A stretch of 63,577 nucleotides of DNA, filler included, from Pelomyxa schiedti (taxonomy: Eukaryota; Protista; Evosea): assembly GCA_020536535.1 (NCBI GenBank). It is 5 parts of 5 records of this genome, joined end to end, with 100 filler letters (N's around TTAATTAATTAA, not from the genome) between each part and the next. Parts side by side here need not be neighbours in the genome. Positions count along the whole stretch, not along the records: positions 31,131 to 60,877 come from JAHLWZ010001008.1; 4 more parts are not named here. The stretch is one strand, 5' to 3'. Positions 39,322-52,600 of the stretch are shown in pieces; within the stretch, counting starts at the first letter, position 1; every line of letters starts with the position of its first letter. The translations under genes were made by a program, and so were the position numbers. The notes beneath the pieces were generated by a model. The model did no database searches, was not told the origin of the DNA, and saw only the letters and a program-made list of their open reading frames with translations.

Positions 39322-42300
39322 TCAACAACCTCTCCCACCAGTGAGAGTGCGAATTGTAACTTTTCCGGCGTTGCAAATGAGAGGGATTCCATGGAATTGT
39401 ACGCCGCACATGGAATCGGCATACATACCCTGTTGTAGGTGAGTTAGTAGCGTGGAACATTAAGACAGGGCACTTACATGGTAGACTTCCTCCACACTTT
39501 CATAAGGTACCAGTGCAGCCGGTGGTGCCATGATGCAGCCGGGGAGTAAAAGCCTCTCGCCTAATGCAGCAGCGGCTGGAACATCTAGCAGTTCAAATAC
39601 ATCCTTGCCGTCTTGAAGAATTTCGATGCCTGTCAGCTTCCCGGAAGAAGTGACACCTGGTTTATTGAAGTGGTAAATTAGTGGGATTGTTACTTCTCCT
39701 ATTATGGTCAACCTTTCACGGAGATGGGCTTAATATTACATGTTACTACAACAAGGCGATTCTTGCTTTGGGTTAGAGATGAGAGTGCAAGTGGTGGGGT
39801 AATACTCGTAGTTCCTCAATTGGAATATATTCCACTATGGCACTTACAATTTGACGGCGAGGGAGAGATGGGCCCATATCAACATCCTCAACATACAATC
39901 TGCATGAGAAAACGGATTCAGTGTCAACTGTAAAAATAGAATCTCTTCAACTTGTCAGAGTTGGGAACGCGTCTAATTGAAACAATTTTTCCAATTCGGA
40001 GTTCTACTTCACTGAATTGAAGGATTGGGACTAGATAATATTAATAGGTATGAGATGTGCATCAGTAGACATACTGTTTTTGAGGTTTTTAATTGCAACC
40101 CAATGTAAATTTCCAACGCAATCACCAGTAACAGCAGGGAGAGGTTCGCCAGTCAGATATTCCTTGAATGGTTTGGTACACATAGTATTCATGCTAGATA
40201 GTGCCGTAGGAAGATAGAACGCGAGCAACTCCTTGCCAGCAAAAATATCCTGGGGGAGATGAGGCAACTTCTATCGGAAGGGCAAATACCCAAATTCTTA
40301 TTGTCTTATCAGCTGCTGCTGACGCAACCAGACAAGGATTATCAGCGAAGAAACATACGGATGAAACTTCGTGTGTATGGCCCAACAGGGTTCGTAAATG
40401 TGAAAAGGAGGCTACATCCCATACGCGTACAGTGTGATCCTCTCCGCAACTAACAATCATTCTGCCTTGGAAGTGAAGGTTTAGTTGAAGCTACATTGAG
40501 GATAGTTTACCATCAGGAGAAAATCTGCATCCAAGGAGGCCGGCTGTGTGACCCTGCAATGTTGATAGGGTCTCCCCAGATTGCGAATTCCACACCTGTA
40601 ATTCCTCAGAACAGGTCCAACAATCATAGAAGGTAAAACCTTCACAGTAGTGTCCTTTGATGCCGTTGCAATGAGGGTGCTCCCTGGAGACATATCGATT
40701 GAACTGATCCACCCTTTGTGTCCTTCTAGTATTCCAACCTGTTGCCCTAAAAACCGTGTCATGAAGCACCTCTTTTATTTGGTGAGTAACCATTAGCAAG
40801 TAACCAAATTCTTGCAGAGCCATCTACACTGCCGGTTACCGCATACCTTGGAGATTTCAACTTCCATTAGAGAGCAAAGAGAAGATATACCTTCCATCAT
40901 GTGAGATTGCACAGGAAAATACCGGTTGGGTGTGACCTTTTAGTGTTATAATCTCTTGTTTAGTCTGAAAGGGATTAAACTAAAAAAAAAAGGAGCAGTA
41001 TTATTCACCTTGATTTCCCAGATCTTGGAAGTATTATCGCTAGAAGAGGAGATAAGTAAAGTCCCATCAGGATTGAGCGCAACGGCATTTACCTGAAATA
41101 TATAAACGAAGAGAATAAATACTTCCTGATTTTACCCGCTTTGGATGTCCCGAAAACACAGCCATTTCCTCACGGGAATCATTGAATAATTTGGCCAGCC
41201 TGTCCCAGGAACCTTGCACATATTACTGAATAGTAGGGAACTCGATGCGCAGACCGCTGGCCAAAATGTGTGCCTTTGGTGAGTAGCATACAGATATGAC
41301 CATCGCAGAGTGTTCACTTGTGGAACTGCGAGACGTGGCCGCCAAGGTCTCTGACACAGAATACAAACTTAAAACCAATGTCGGGATTATTGTATTGGGA
41401 AAAAGAAGGAAACCGCATGGCCATATCAGCAGAACCAGTTAGCATGTATTTAGAGTCTGGAGAAATTGCAACGCAGTTGATGAAATGAGAATGGCCCTCC
41501 ACAGTAACCATTTCAGCCCCTTATAACATGAGTATTACTTTGTACAATAGTAAGATAGACCTGTGGTTATGTTCCATATTTTGGCTGTCTTATCAAAAGA
41601 CCCAGTCAGCAAGTAACCTGCAGTGCAACAAGCGCAAGAGCTGACTCTGTCACAGATTAGGACTAAATGAAATTAGTGATAGCAGTGTACCTCTGTACAT
41701 GTCCGGTTAATTCCTGAATGAAAGACCCATCAACTCCCCATTTTGCAATAGTCCTATCTGTGGAGACAGTAAAGACAAACTTCTCGTGGAAGACACAGGC
41801 CTATGCTACAATTAAATAAAATAGATCCGGAGATTAACGAACCTGAACGGCCTTAGTGTGTCTTTTGAGTTCTATAGGTTTTGGATCTATCTTCACTTCA
41901 CTCTTAGCTGACACCAGCTTCCATACCCGAGCAGATTTGTTGTTGGCTGTTGTAGCCAAAAGCCTAGTGTACACAATGAGTTGTAAGAATCAATGGTTGT
42001 GGAATACGTCTGGGTCTCATCAATGGCAATTGATGTTATTTCGTCAGTGTGTGCAGAGAGGAAAGAGGTAGGTTGGACTTTTTGTGCTGAAGAAGGTGGC
42101 ATATCTAGGTGATACACACAAACTCTACCATCCGTATAGCCTACGAAAACAGCAGCGAAGCTTGAAGAGGGATGTAAAAAGGTTGTGCAACAACGTGCTT
42201 CTGTTTGATTTTCACTGGGGGGTGTTTAGATAGGTACGGGTGAATGTACACATACCACATCAGAGTTGCCATAACACTGGAGGAGGGAACATGCCAACAA

Positions 42301-45300
42301 AGGGTATAGCCACAGTCATATGAAACAAAGAGGTATTTTGGGGTTACCCAAACACAACAATTGGCACTTCCACTGTCCATACCAGTACTGGCTGAGGCAT
42401 TGAGGGTCTGAAGTTCAGTACAAGATGATGTTTTCCATATCTGGTATTTTGTTAATTTACTTTTTGTCACACAGCGACATAAGATACCTTCACGAGACCA
42501 CTCCTTTTGTAAGTTGATGCAATAAACTCAGAATCAGGAGAAAATTGGCAACTCAACACCTAAAAAAGATTCAGTGAGTGATATGGCTTGGTTTGAAACC
42601 TCATTGGGTCCAGTCATCTCTCCCAAGTGTTTGCTCTCGAAGATTCTCTTGTTTACCCAGATTGCATGTGGGCTCTGAATCTCCTGTAGTAATTTCATAG
42701 CTGCAGTTGAGACCATAGATGATTCATCAGGTAATGCTGCTGCTTGCTGAATAGTGCATAACGGGTGAAGAGAAAGGGCTGTATAAGAGTGCATGACAAA
42801 TTTTCTGAACAAAAATGAGTACGGAAGAAAGTAGAACTGGGGCACAATATACTTGAAAGACTGTAATTTTTTTGAGACATGATCCAGTGGTATCATATTG
42901 AAGTCTTCAACTAGCATTGGGGCCATATGAAGGCTGCATTTGCATTGAATGAACTGAAGGTCACAAAGTACATTTTCCACAGATTCCCAATCACCTTTAA
43001 CACATTAGAATATTTCAATTAATTAGCCATCCACCTGCTTGCACGAGATGATAAGGTAATTCAGAGATGGCATGTGGGTGTGCTGTTCTCCATATCAAGT
43101 TCCCATTGGAGTCTTTAATGTGAGATTGCTCAAGGAAGTGGTCTGCCAGTTTCTTGTGAATTTCTACTCGTTCAGGTTCCTGTGACAGAAATCGAGCATG
43201 AACTGCGCATTATTTGTACAAAAAAGTTATTGAGGAGACAAGACCATGTACCTGCTTTAGCCAACTGTTGATGGAAGAAATCGACTCGTCCTTCATTGTT
43301 ACTACCGACGTTCCTTAATAGCATCTTCAACGAAAGGAAGACTGCTGTCCATAATGCAGGAGGAACTGCCAGACACTCCACAATGTCGCTCACAAACAAA
43401 CCATGCCTGGCACATCTGAGTAGAGAAAGGGTAGTGCGAACGACATCAGCCCCAATTTCTGTTTGGAGTCTTTTCAGAACAGTTCCCAGAAGATCTGTGT
43501 TGAGACTTGTAAGAGGGGACGCGAACCTTACCCCACTCACCGGGAATACTATCAGGAAATGACAGAATTTTATCAGAGAGCCTCTCAAATGATCCGAATA
43601 GGCGAAGTTCCTCACAGGCCACTGATAAGTATAAAGGATTCCCACTTGCACTTTTGGAGAGAAGTTGTTGCATCTGAAGGGAATCCAACTTTTTGTTATA
43701 AGGAGACAACAGTTGCTCAACGATCTCCTGCCTAGTAGGTGTAACAACTAAAATCCATCAAAATTCTTCACACCTATGTGTCATATCAAGCTCAGGTACT
43801 TGTAATTCAGGAGTTTTGCGTGATCTCAGTACATCAAGGCAATCGCCTGCCAGACAAGAAACAACTATTTTCACGTTGCGTGGCAGAGTGGCAGGCAACC
43901 ACGCAAGCCTGTGGCTATTATTGAAATCTTCCAGCTGGTTCAACGCATCTATGACAATAAGTAACTTATCTCGCTCGGTGGCAATCTGGCTGTATGTTAA
44001 ACATTCGAGTCCATTGGTAAAGCTATACTTTCTGAAGAAGCTGCTGCCAAGTGGCTTCCAACTCGGAAAAATCTGTGAATGTTCCCACTTCAAAGGCGTA
44101 ATAGTGTGCTATTTCATTGCATAATCGCGTGAGCATTTTGGTTATATCAGTACTTGTTGGGCTTCCCCCAATAAAGTGAGGAAGAACAAATGTGTCTCTT
44201 CAAAACGTAAGATGAAATCAGAAGAATAATGTGTAAAATGAAACCTGTAGCTTGCTGAGTAGCGCCTCACAAAATGAGCTAACAAGGAACTCTTTCCTGA
44301 TCCAGGAGTTCCTATTACAGCAAGAGCTCTGGAATTGGAGTCATCCCGAGCATAAGTATCCAGAGCTTCAAGAAGTGATTCTCTGCCTACAAATCGTCCA
44401 CCACGCAACTCGATGAACTCCTCATGGTAGGATCTGGGAAAAGTGGGTGAGGCTTTTTTTTGCTTGACCAAGCCACCTTTCTACTGCTAATGGGCTCCTA
44501 GGAGCTACTGCAGAGGGGTATATTCTTTCTATTGCAGCCCAAACATCAGTCTCAAATTTTTCAGCGAGAGTTTTTAAATTCATTGCAGTTCCTTCTCCTA
44601 TCAAGAGATAAGAGGAAATAGTGACAGGAATATATCCGTACCATTATACTGTGGTGTGTACTCAAATATGGAAGAGAAATTTTCTCTAATTGTAGATTTA
44701 AGCTTAGTCATCTGTTGTACTTTGACTGGTAGCTCGTCTTTCCACTGTGCTTTTACCTGGAACTTGTTACAGAGGATGAAATAAACTGCTATGGGTACCG
44801 TTGATGGCAATGAATCCAAGAAGGATGGATTTCGGAAATAAAAAAGGGAGGCATGGCTGGAGTTGTTCTTTTGATCTATAGCACCACATTGTACCTATCT
44901 GATCTTAGACCAACACTCTTAGGGGTATTGCTCACTTCCATAGCTGTGACACTGAGTCCATTTTGCCACCGGAATTTGATTTTAACTTCATCAGGCACTT
45001 CATTTGGTTCAGGTATCCACCCGTATCTACTCCGTTTTTGGTGATTTGTTTTGAAGTGGGTTTTTCTACCTTTCACCAAGGAAACAACAGAAGACATTCG
45101 ATGAAGAAGCAGTGTCCAGGCAGAGCTTAACAACTTGGTTTTGTTTTGAGTCTTCTTCCGTGATTCCCCATCTAGGGCATGTAAGTGGCGAAAAAAAAAG
45201 CACTTCTTGGTTTGCCTGAGATCCGCTTCAACTAAGTGTATCTTTCTTGCCAGGCACCGCTCCCTGAGTTTGGGAATTACCTGAGATGGTTTGTTTCGTA

Positions 45301-48266
45301 GTTAACCAGCTTGATGGAAAAAAAGACTGGACACATTTTTAATTAAAATATCGCGCTCAGAATTCATGTCCACAAAAGTGGAAGAAAGAAACAAGTTAAT
45401 AGTGCGCCAGACATCTGTATCATCTAATAATGTATTTAGGATTTTGTAGTTTAACCAAAGAATATCTGCCTTCATATCCTTGGTGAGATGACTTTTGTTC
45501 TGCCCCAGTGAAGAAATATTTGACAGGAGAAATCGTTGGGGGAGCTCCAGCAAATGTCATGAACTTCACTCCCAACCTGAGTTTCTGTTAGTAGTCAGAA
45601 TGATAGAAAGTAACAAGCAACCCTTCAGTGGTGGAAGATATTGAAATTGGGTCATCTGACGCCCCTTTTGATATCAAGAATAAAGCTAGTGTGGAAGCTT
45701 CAGCTGCACGTGCCATCTGAACTGCAGTACACGGCCCAACTCGTGAAACAAAAGCATGTACATCTGCTCCACGCTCAACAAGGAGTCGGGCAACGTCTTC
45801 TAATCTAGGGGCTATCATTTTTTTTCTCTCATCAGCCACAACATACCCTTTTGAGGCTGCAAGGTGCAGTGGGGTCAGTCTTTGCTTTGTTGTCAGGTCT
45901 ACGGCCGCCCCTAGATCTAGTAGAATTGTAACAGCTTCAACCGAGCCATTGGTAACTGGTCAAGAGGTTTAAAAGTGAGGGTTTCGGTGAAAGCTTTGCC
46001 TGCAAGGTGAAGAGGTGTATTTCCCGAGATGTTCCGCGTGTCAATGAGGCCCTCCTGCTGAGCTCTAGTTGCAAGAAGCTTGACACATTGTAGACTATCT
46101 ACTTGCCTTCAGAATCGCAAGAGAACGAGGCAAAGAGAGAACCTCCACCGATGGCTACATGCAGAGGTGTTTGCCCAGCAGAATTGGCAAGTAAATTGGC
46201 TCCGCTTTCAAGCAATAACCTAACCTTTGTACAGTTCATTAAATTGTTGTGGAAAGCCGTAGTATACCATATCAAAATCGCTGTTTGAAGCGGCAATGTG
46301 AAGAGGAGTATTGAGTACTGCATTCTACATTATGGTTTCTAATTTTCGCAATGAGTGTAAATACTCACTTTCTTATTCACATCCGCTCCGGCCTGAATGA
46401 GAATTTGAGCTTGTTTGCAATTCTTCCTGAAAGTGGCACTATGCAATGGACTATTTGATACGTTGGACCATAAAGGGTACCTTCCTTCAATTTACCTATC
46501 TCCTCCTGAAGAGGTACTGTTTACAACCTTATTTCCTGGTACTGCCTTCAATAGTAGTTCTAGAACCCCAACATTTTCACTACTGATTGCTAAAGGTTTT
46601 CTTTGGTGAATGAAGTCGACAAGAGAGGAATGAAAACCTGATGAAATGGCAGTAGGGTGAGTGTCCACAAACTTCATCATAAACTCTGAACCTGGGGGAA
46701 GATGTTAGTTGAGTGTTCCACTTTACAGCTTCTGCCATACCCGTAGATACAAAATATTCCAGAGTTGAAATGTTTCCTGCCGAGCAGGCACATTCTAAAG
46801 CTGTTGCAAGATGACCAAAGTCAACTTTTTTGGATACATTAGCCTAAAAATAGGGTAAGAAAAATGGCCAGGGGAAATTACAGTACTGTGAATAGTGCCA
46901 CTGTTGCTGCATTTCCAAACATTGATGCATAACATATTGCCTAAGAGTTTGAATTTAGTATTCATTGAATACAAGGGAAATGAATACATTCATTCCATTG
47001 TCTGAGGATATTGGGTCAGCTCCTGCTTCTAACAAAAGGCGTGCTACCTCGGCATGACCAAAGTAACATGCATGTGACAGTGGACTGGAGGAATTATAAG
47101 GTCAAAAGGAAATTTGGGAATCATCATCACGTTGTTGGGCCAGTTTCGTTGTCATTTACAGGAGAGGGATTTGCTTTGCAACGCAGAAGAGCCGAAGCTA
47201 CAGCTGCATGACCTTTAATCGCACATACATGCAAGGGGGTCTGCTTCTTTCGGTGCGTATTTATGATGTTTACATCTGCTCCAAAAGATAGTATTTTCTC
47301 GACCACGTTTATACTTCCTCTCAAGGCTGCTATGTGAAGAGGGGCCTATATTATGTAAGTCTGACATTGGAGAGGGCAGAATTACCTGACAGTGGTCATT
47401 TAACAGAGAGCAGTTGGCAGAAGCACTATTCACTAACCATGAGAAGATTTCAGCGTTATCATTCCAAGATGCAACATGAAGTGGTGTCCATCCCGGCCAA
47501 GGGAAGGGCTGTCTTGACTTGACAGGTCCTTCACTTGCCACAGAACCTGGAACTTTAACAGTATTTATGTCCAGCTGGGCAGTTGTAAGCAGCCTCTGAA
47601 CATCACGCAACTTACCTGGAGAAAAAAAACATGAGGGAACATTTGTAACCCTCGTGTTGACCTTGATTTACTGCTGCGATTAATCTCGCATCAGGAGATG
47701 TACTGGAGCCAACCTTGCCCTTTTGAGGAACAGGTGGTGCAACTTTTTTTGGTTCCACTGTAGGCTCAACTTTGTTCAGAGGAGGGGTTGGAGCAACAGG
47801 GGGTGGTGCTTTAACTGCGGGAGCTGCAGCAGTAGTTATTGAAGGAGGTTCTGAGTTTGTGAGTTCAGTGTTTTGCACCGCAGCTTTGACAGGCTTGATA
47901 TGAACTGGGCGTGGTATACAAGAGACACTTTGATGTTGTGGTGATTTGCGAGGAACTTTTTTACCAGACACTTTTGGTTTTGCTTATTTATGTGTTAAAT
48001 GCATGGCAAAAAGAGAGACGATTTCCTACCAGACACCTGAGACTTGGCTTTTTTTTTGTTTTTTTTCGACTGTAAGCAACACAAAAAAGAGAAAGAGATG
48101 GGGGAAAAAAAAAAACACAGCGAGTACAAGTGCGTGCCGCGGGTCTCACTCTCTTTTGTTGTGCACCAGCACCCTGCCCTTTATCCATCAACGCAACCAG
48201 AAAGGGGTTCTGGAAGTTGGCAGGCACACTAGACGAACAACCCAACAGTACTCCCAACAAATCCAT
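39322..48266 (-). CDS. Giant STAND NTPase: ankyrin repeats - DUF4062 - NACHT - WD40 repeats - EMAP-II/Arc1p-like tRNA-binding domain (TEP1/NWD-like)
   Basis: Ankyrins (GWTPLHVASW, QTPLHVCAIKGH, GQTPLHVAI); DUF4062 WRTINLFLSSTFVDMNSERDIL..DLR|WGIT; Walker A VIGTPGSGKSSLL; Walker B LLIVIDALNQL; GNPLYL; RVDFFHQQL; many GH..WD repeats; terminal ELRIGKIVSIRRVPNSDKLYVEDVDMG..NRLVVVTCNIKP..GVTSSG. The 5' start is approximate. Confidence 0.8.
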
Positions 48267-48405
48267 GTCCCCGCCTTGGCTCTCTCTGTTGCTTACAACT
48301 CTTGTCGGTTAATTCTTGAAAGGTCTCTTCTGATCGGGTATTTCCGAGAGACGTCTCTTCACCTAAGGAAAGGCGAAATCATTCGTTGTTTTTTGCTTCG
48401 ATCGC

Positions 48406-49493
48406 ATGGCAGCGACCACCTCGCCGACAAAAAGAGGCACGGGCAGTGGGACTGATAGACCTGAGATGATGAGGGTGATGTGTGGAGATGAGAGCAAGTG
48501 GGGGGACGAGGGCACGAGGGCGGCGTGCATTGGGATACAGGTGCTGTCTGACTTGCATTTGGAGTTCGAAGGGCACGACAGATTCACGTTCGCGCCCGCG
48601 GCGCCCTACTTAGTCCTTGCTGGTTTTTTAGTTTCTTATTCTTTCTGTGATTTTCGGTTTAGATGACGGTGTTGCGAACATTCTTCTCGTTTTCTTTTGT
48701 TTTTGTTTTTATTTGTTATTTGTTGTTACGGTTGCTGGATATTAGGTGATATTGGGGACCCATTCGAGGATTCGTACGTGAATTTCTTGCATGCACAGTC
48801 GCGCCAATTCACTCACGTTTTTGTTGTGGCTGGGAACCATGAATTCTATGGCCACAAGCACACCGAGTGTGAAAATGTGATACAAGCTCTATGCGATAGT
48901 GCCCCTGAAAGAAATTGCACTTTCCTCAAAAAGGGTGTGTTCACCCTACTCGGAGGTGGTTGCTTGAGAGTTTTTGGTGCAACCTTGTGGTATGACCCTG
49001 ATGCTGTGAGAACTCTCAATGATTACACTGAGATACACCGCGATGATGGAACCCCAATCAGAGGGGCAGATACCACAAGATGGTGCAAATCCGATCGTCA
49101 TTGGATCAAATCCCAGCTCAAGGAAGCCCGCAAGTATGTACCACATGTTTTTTTTTTCACATCGTCAGGCTAAAATTCTGAAATAGTAATGGTCAGCTGT
49201 GCCTTGTAATCACACATCATGCACCAAGGCCCAGCCGGTGGCGTGGTGATGGTGTTGAACTACGGCCGGTGATTCAGAAGCAGTATCATCTCCCGGTATG
49301 GATACACGGGCACACACACCGCACTCTATATTATACTGTGGACACTACTCTGGTTGTGAGCAACCAGTTGGGATACTACTACAGCAGCAACAAGAAAGAT
49401 GCAGCTTTCCGGCAAGAACTGGTTGTTTACATAAACCCCATAACCGGAGAGACCTGGATGGTAGGTGGGCAACCACTGATTAATAAAGTGTAG
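48406..49493 (+). CDS. Calcineurin-like metallophosphoesterase
   Basis: SDLHLE, LA|GDIG, AGNHEFY, ITHHAP and WIHGHTH metal-binding motifs across three exons. Confidence 0.9.
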
Positions 49494-49637
49494 CCAACTG
49501 GCAGCACAATCGGTACACTTTATTGACTCATAAAAAAAAAAAAGCACCCATTTTGTACTATCTTCGTCGTAGCCTTTTCAACAATTTCTCAGAGATCATT
49601 TCCTCTCATTTTTGGTATTTTTTCCGATAGCGATTAC

Positions 49638-52600
49638 ATGAAGCTGCACTCGTTCGAGCACTGTATCGTTGTCGAAGACCCCAAGAAAGGTGGTGCATTG
49701 TGTGTGCGACGAACATCGTCGTCACTTGCCTTGCAACACATTGCATGCTCTCCAGGAAGCGATTTCAGGTGTTTTTTTTTTTTTTTTTTTTTTTGGTGCA
49801 GTAACAGAGTCTCGTTTGTGTGGCAGTAAAATAACTTTCATACAACGAAAAGCAAGTTCGAGGGCCGAATGGCTGTTGGACCTCCCAGGGATGTATGTTT
49901 TATACTTGGTTTTCTCAAATTGCTCTCTGGTTGCTTGTCTTTATTTTATTCCTTTTACCTTATTTTTTTTTCCAAGGCAAGTACATGCTTGTTGTCACTG
50001 AGGACGAGTGTGTAGGTTGTGTTTACCCAAATGCCGACATTCATAGAATTGTGCAAACATCTTTTTATCCTCTTGGCAATGTTTCTGCATTATCAGATGA
50101 AGACGTAAAGTGTCCCACCTTTTGGTTTTAACGATTGAGACCCAATCAAAATCATAACTTCTGGATGAACAGCGCAAAGCTGAGAGTGGTTTCATTTCAC
50201 AGCTCGTATCATTCATGGAGCACTGCAATTTTTACTTCAGTTTTACCCATGATATTACCCGTTGTGCTCAAAGTATTTCAAATCTCACAGAGGCCATAAG
50301 GTGCATGCCACAGTGGATGCAGGTGCTACTTTTTATCTGGATATTAATATGTAACCTCTCTATTAGGCTGATAGAAGGTTTTTCTGGAACTTTCGTCTTT
50401 GTAAAGATATGAGAGATGTCGAATTGCATGACTGGATTGTGCCTGTGATGGATGGATGTATCAAAATGGATTTTCATACTAACACTATACACTTACACAC
50501 CAACCAAACCAGTGGAGTTTGCCTTAACGCCCCCAATATATTTCAATCCAACCTTTCCAGATAAGGGAAGAAGACTTCAAGTGCATTTTGATTTCCAGGA
50601 GAGAATGCTCCCGAACAGGTACTACTGCCAACATACTTTCCAGTCATATGTAGATTTATTCCTTTCAAGGTACTCGTTTCAATGCGCGAGGTGCTGATCC
50701 TTTTGGTCATGTTGCAAATTTCGTCGTACGCATCTTTTTGAGTTTTCTCTTATTGTAACCCAAAAATAGGAGACGGAACAGCTAATAGTAAATTCCTATT
50801 ACTACCTCTTTATCCTACCCTTTTTTTCCTAGGTGTATGGTACCATTATAAGCTCATTTGTAATGACTAGGGGTTCGGTACCCTTGCTCTGGGAACAAAA
50901 AAAGGGATTCAAACCAAAGCCTGTGCTAGTTGGTTCCAAATTTATGGTACTTGAATCTGATTCATGAAGAAACCACCTTTCCAACAAAATTAAGAGCGAA
51001 GCTTTCCTACGGCATATGACTCGACAAGTTGAATTGTACAAATCAGTGTACATTGTAAGCTTATTGGATCACAACGGTAATGAACAAGAGCTGTCTGAGG
51101 CTTATGAACGTTACTTTAACTTCTTTGCGATTCCCGATACAAAGTCAGCCTTTCTTCCTCCTGTAGTTTTCTGACAATAATGAAACAGGTTTTTTTCTTT
51201 TGATTTCCACACTGAGTGCAAAGGAAATTCCTTGGAAAATATTCAAGTACTACTATCTTTAACCATGAAAGATCTTGAAGCAAATCAGTGTGCCCTAGAA
51301 ATCACCTTGGTTGATCTGACCCACTTATAGGTACTTCCTTGTCTCTGGCAGTAGGCTCGTTTTATCCCAATCTGGTGTTTTTCGAGTGAACTGTGTTGAT
51401 TGCTTAGATAGAACGAATGTTGTCCAGGTATTGTAGTGCCACATTATTGAACTTTGTATTCATTTTTTTTCCCCCTTTTGTTTTATGCCAGAGTGTTTTT
51501 GCAAAACACATGATTCAGAAACAATTATCACATCTTGGCTTTATCTCTGGCTCAGATAGTCTGAGTGCACTCCCGTTCTTCGATACTCAATTTACTGCGG
51601 CATGGGTTAACAATGCCAACTACCTCAGCAGTCAGTACACTGGCACAAGTGCTTTAAAAACCGATTACACCAAGTAAGAATAAGTAAATAAATCAATTTC
51701 GATTAATTCATTTAATGGCAGAGCCGGCAAAATTGGGATGCGCGCCAAAGTTTCTGATGGTGTTACCTGCTTAAAGCGAATCGTGCAGCAGTATCAGGAT
51801 GATGATAAGCAGGAAGCCATAGACCTATTCCTTGGCAATTACACAGTTGGTCAAGTGTGTCTTCGTATTAACTTGTTTCCCTCAGTAATTCTTTTTGATG
51901 ATATCAGGGTTCCATGCCTGCTGTTTTTGAAGCGGAAAAGATTGATCAATTTGGGAGAGCAACGGGTGTTGGAGTGAATATCACCTCAAGCACATTCTAT
52001 GAATATGACAACGACCTAAAACATCTGACAGAGTTTCCCCTTTCTGAAGTAAATGACCTCTTTCAGTCAGAAAACAGCCTCTCAAATTATTTTCCAGCTG
52101 ATTGACATTGAGAAAGAACCCAAGAATTATAAGTAAACCTCGTGCTCGTTCTGAATATAAATATAATACAACTCTACCCTTATAGTCGAGTTCGGGTCTT
52201 CATGGAACGTGCTGCTGCTGCTACTACTTACTCTTTTTCCTCTCCGATTTTCCGGGAGTACTTTTTGGATATGATTAGATGCTATAGGTTTGGTCTCCCA
52301 CGAGATAGGTGAGTTTTATTACATGCCTCTGTTAGTGATACCTTCAAGAATTCAGATAAAATCCAACTTAAGTATGTTCATTGGCTCTTGGAATCTTGGT
52401 ATGAGCCTTTATTCCTTACTGTTTGATATTTCTGCACTCATCTGAGATAAAACACAAAAGCTGGGCAAACACCAAAAGAGCAGCATTTGGCTGACTGGAT
52501 TCCAAAAACATGTGACCTATATGCAATTGCTGTTCAGGTATTCTGAAGTAGTTGCACACACGTTAATATGACTAGGCTTGTGCTTACACTCCACCATCCA

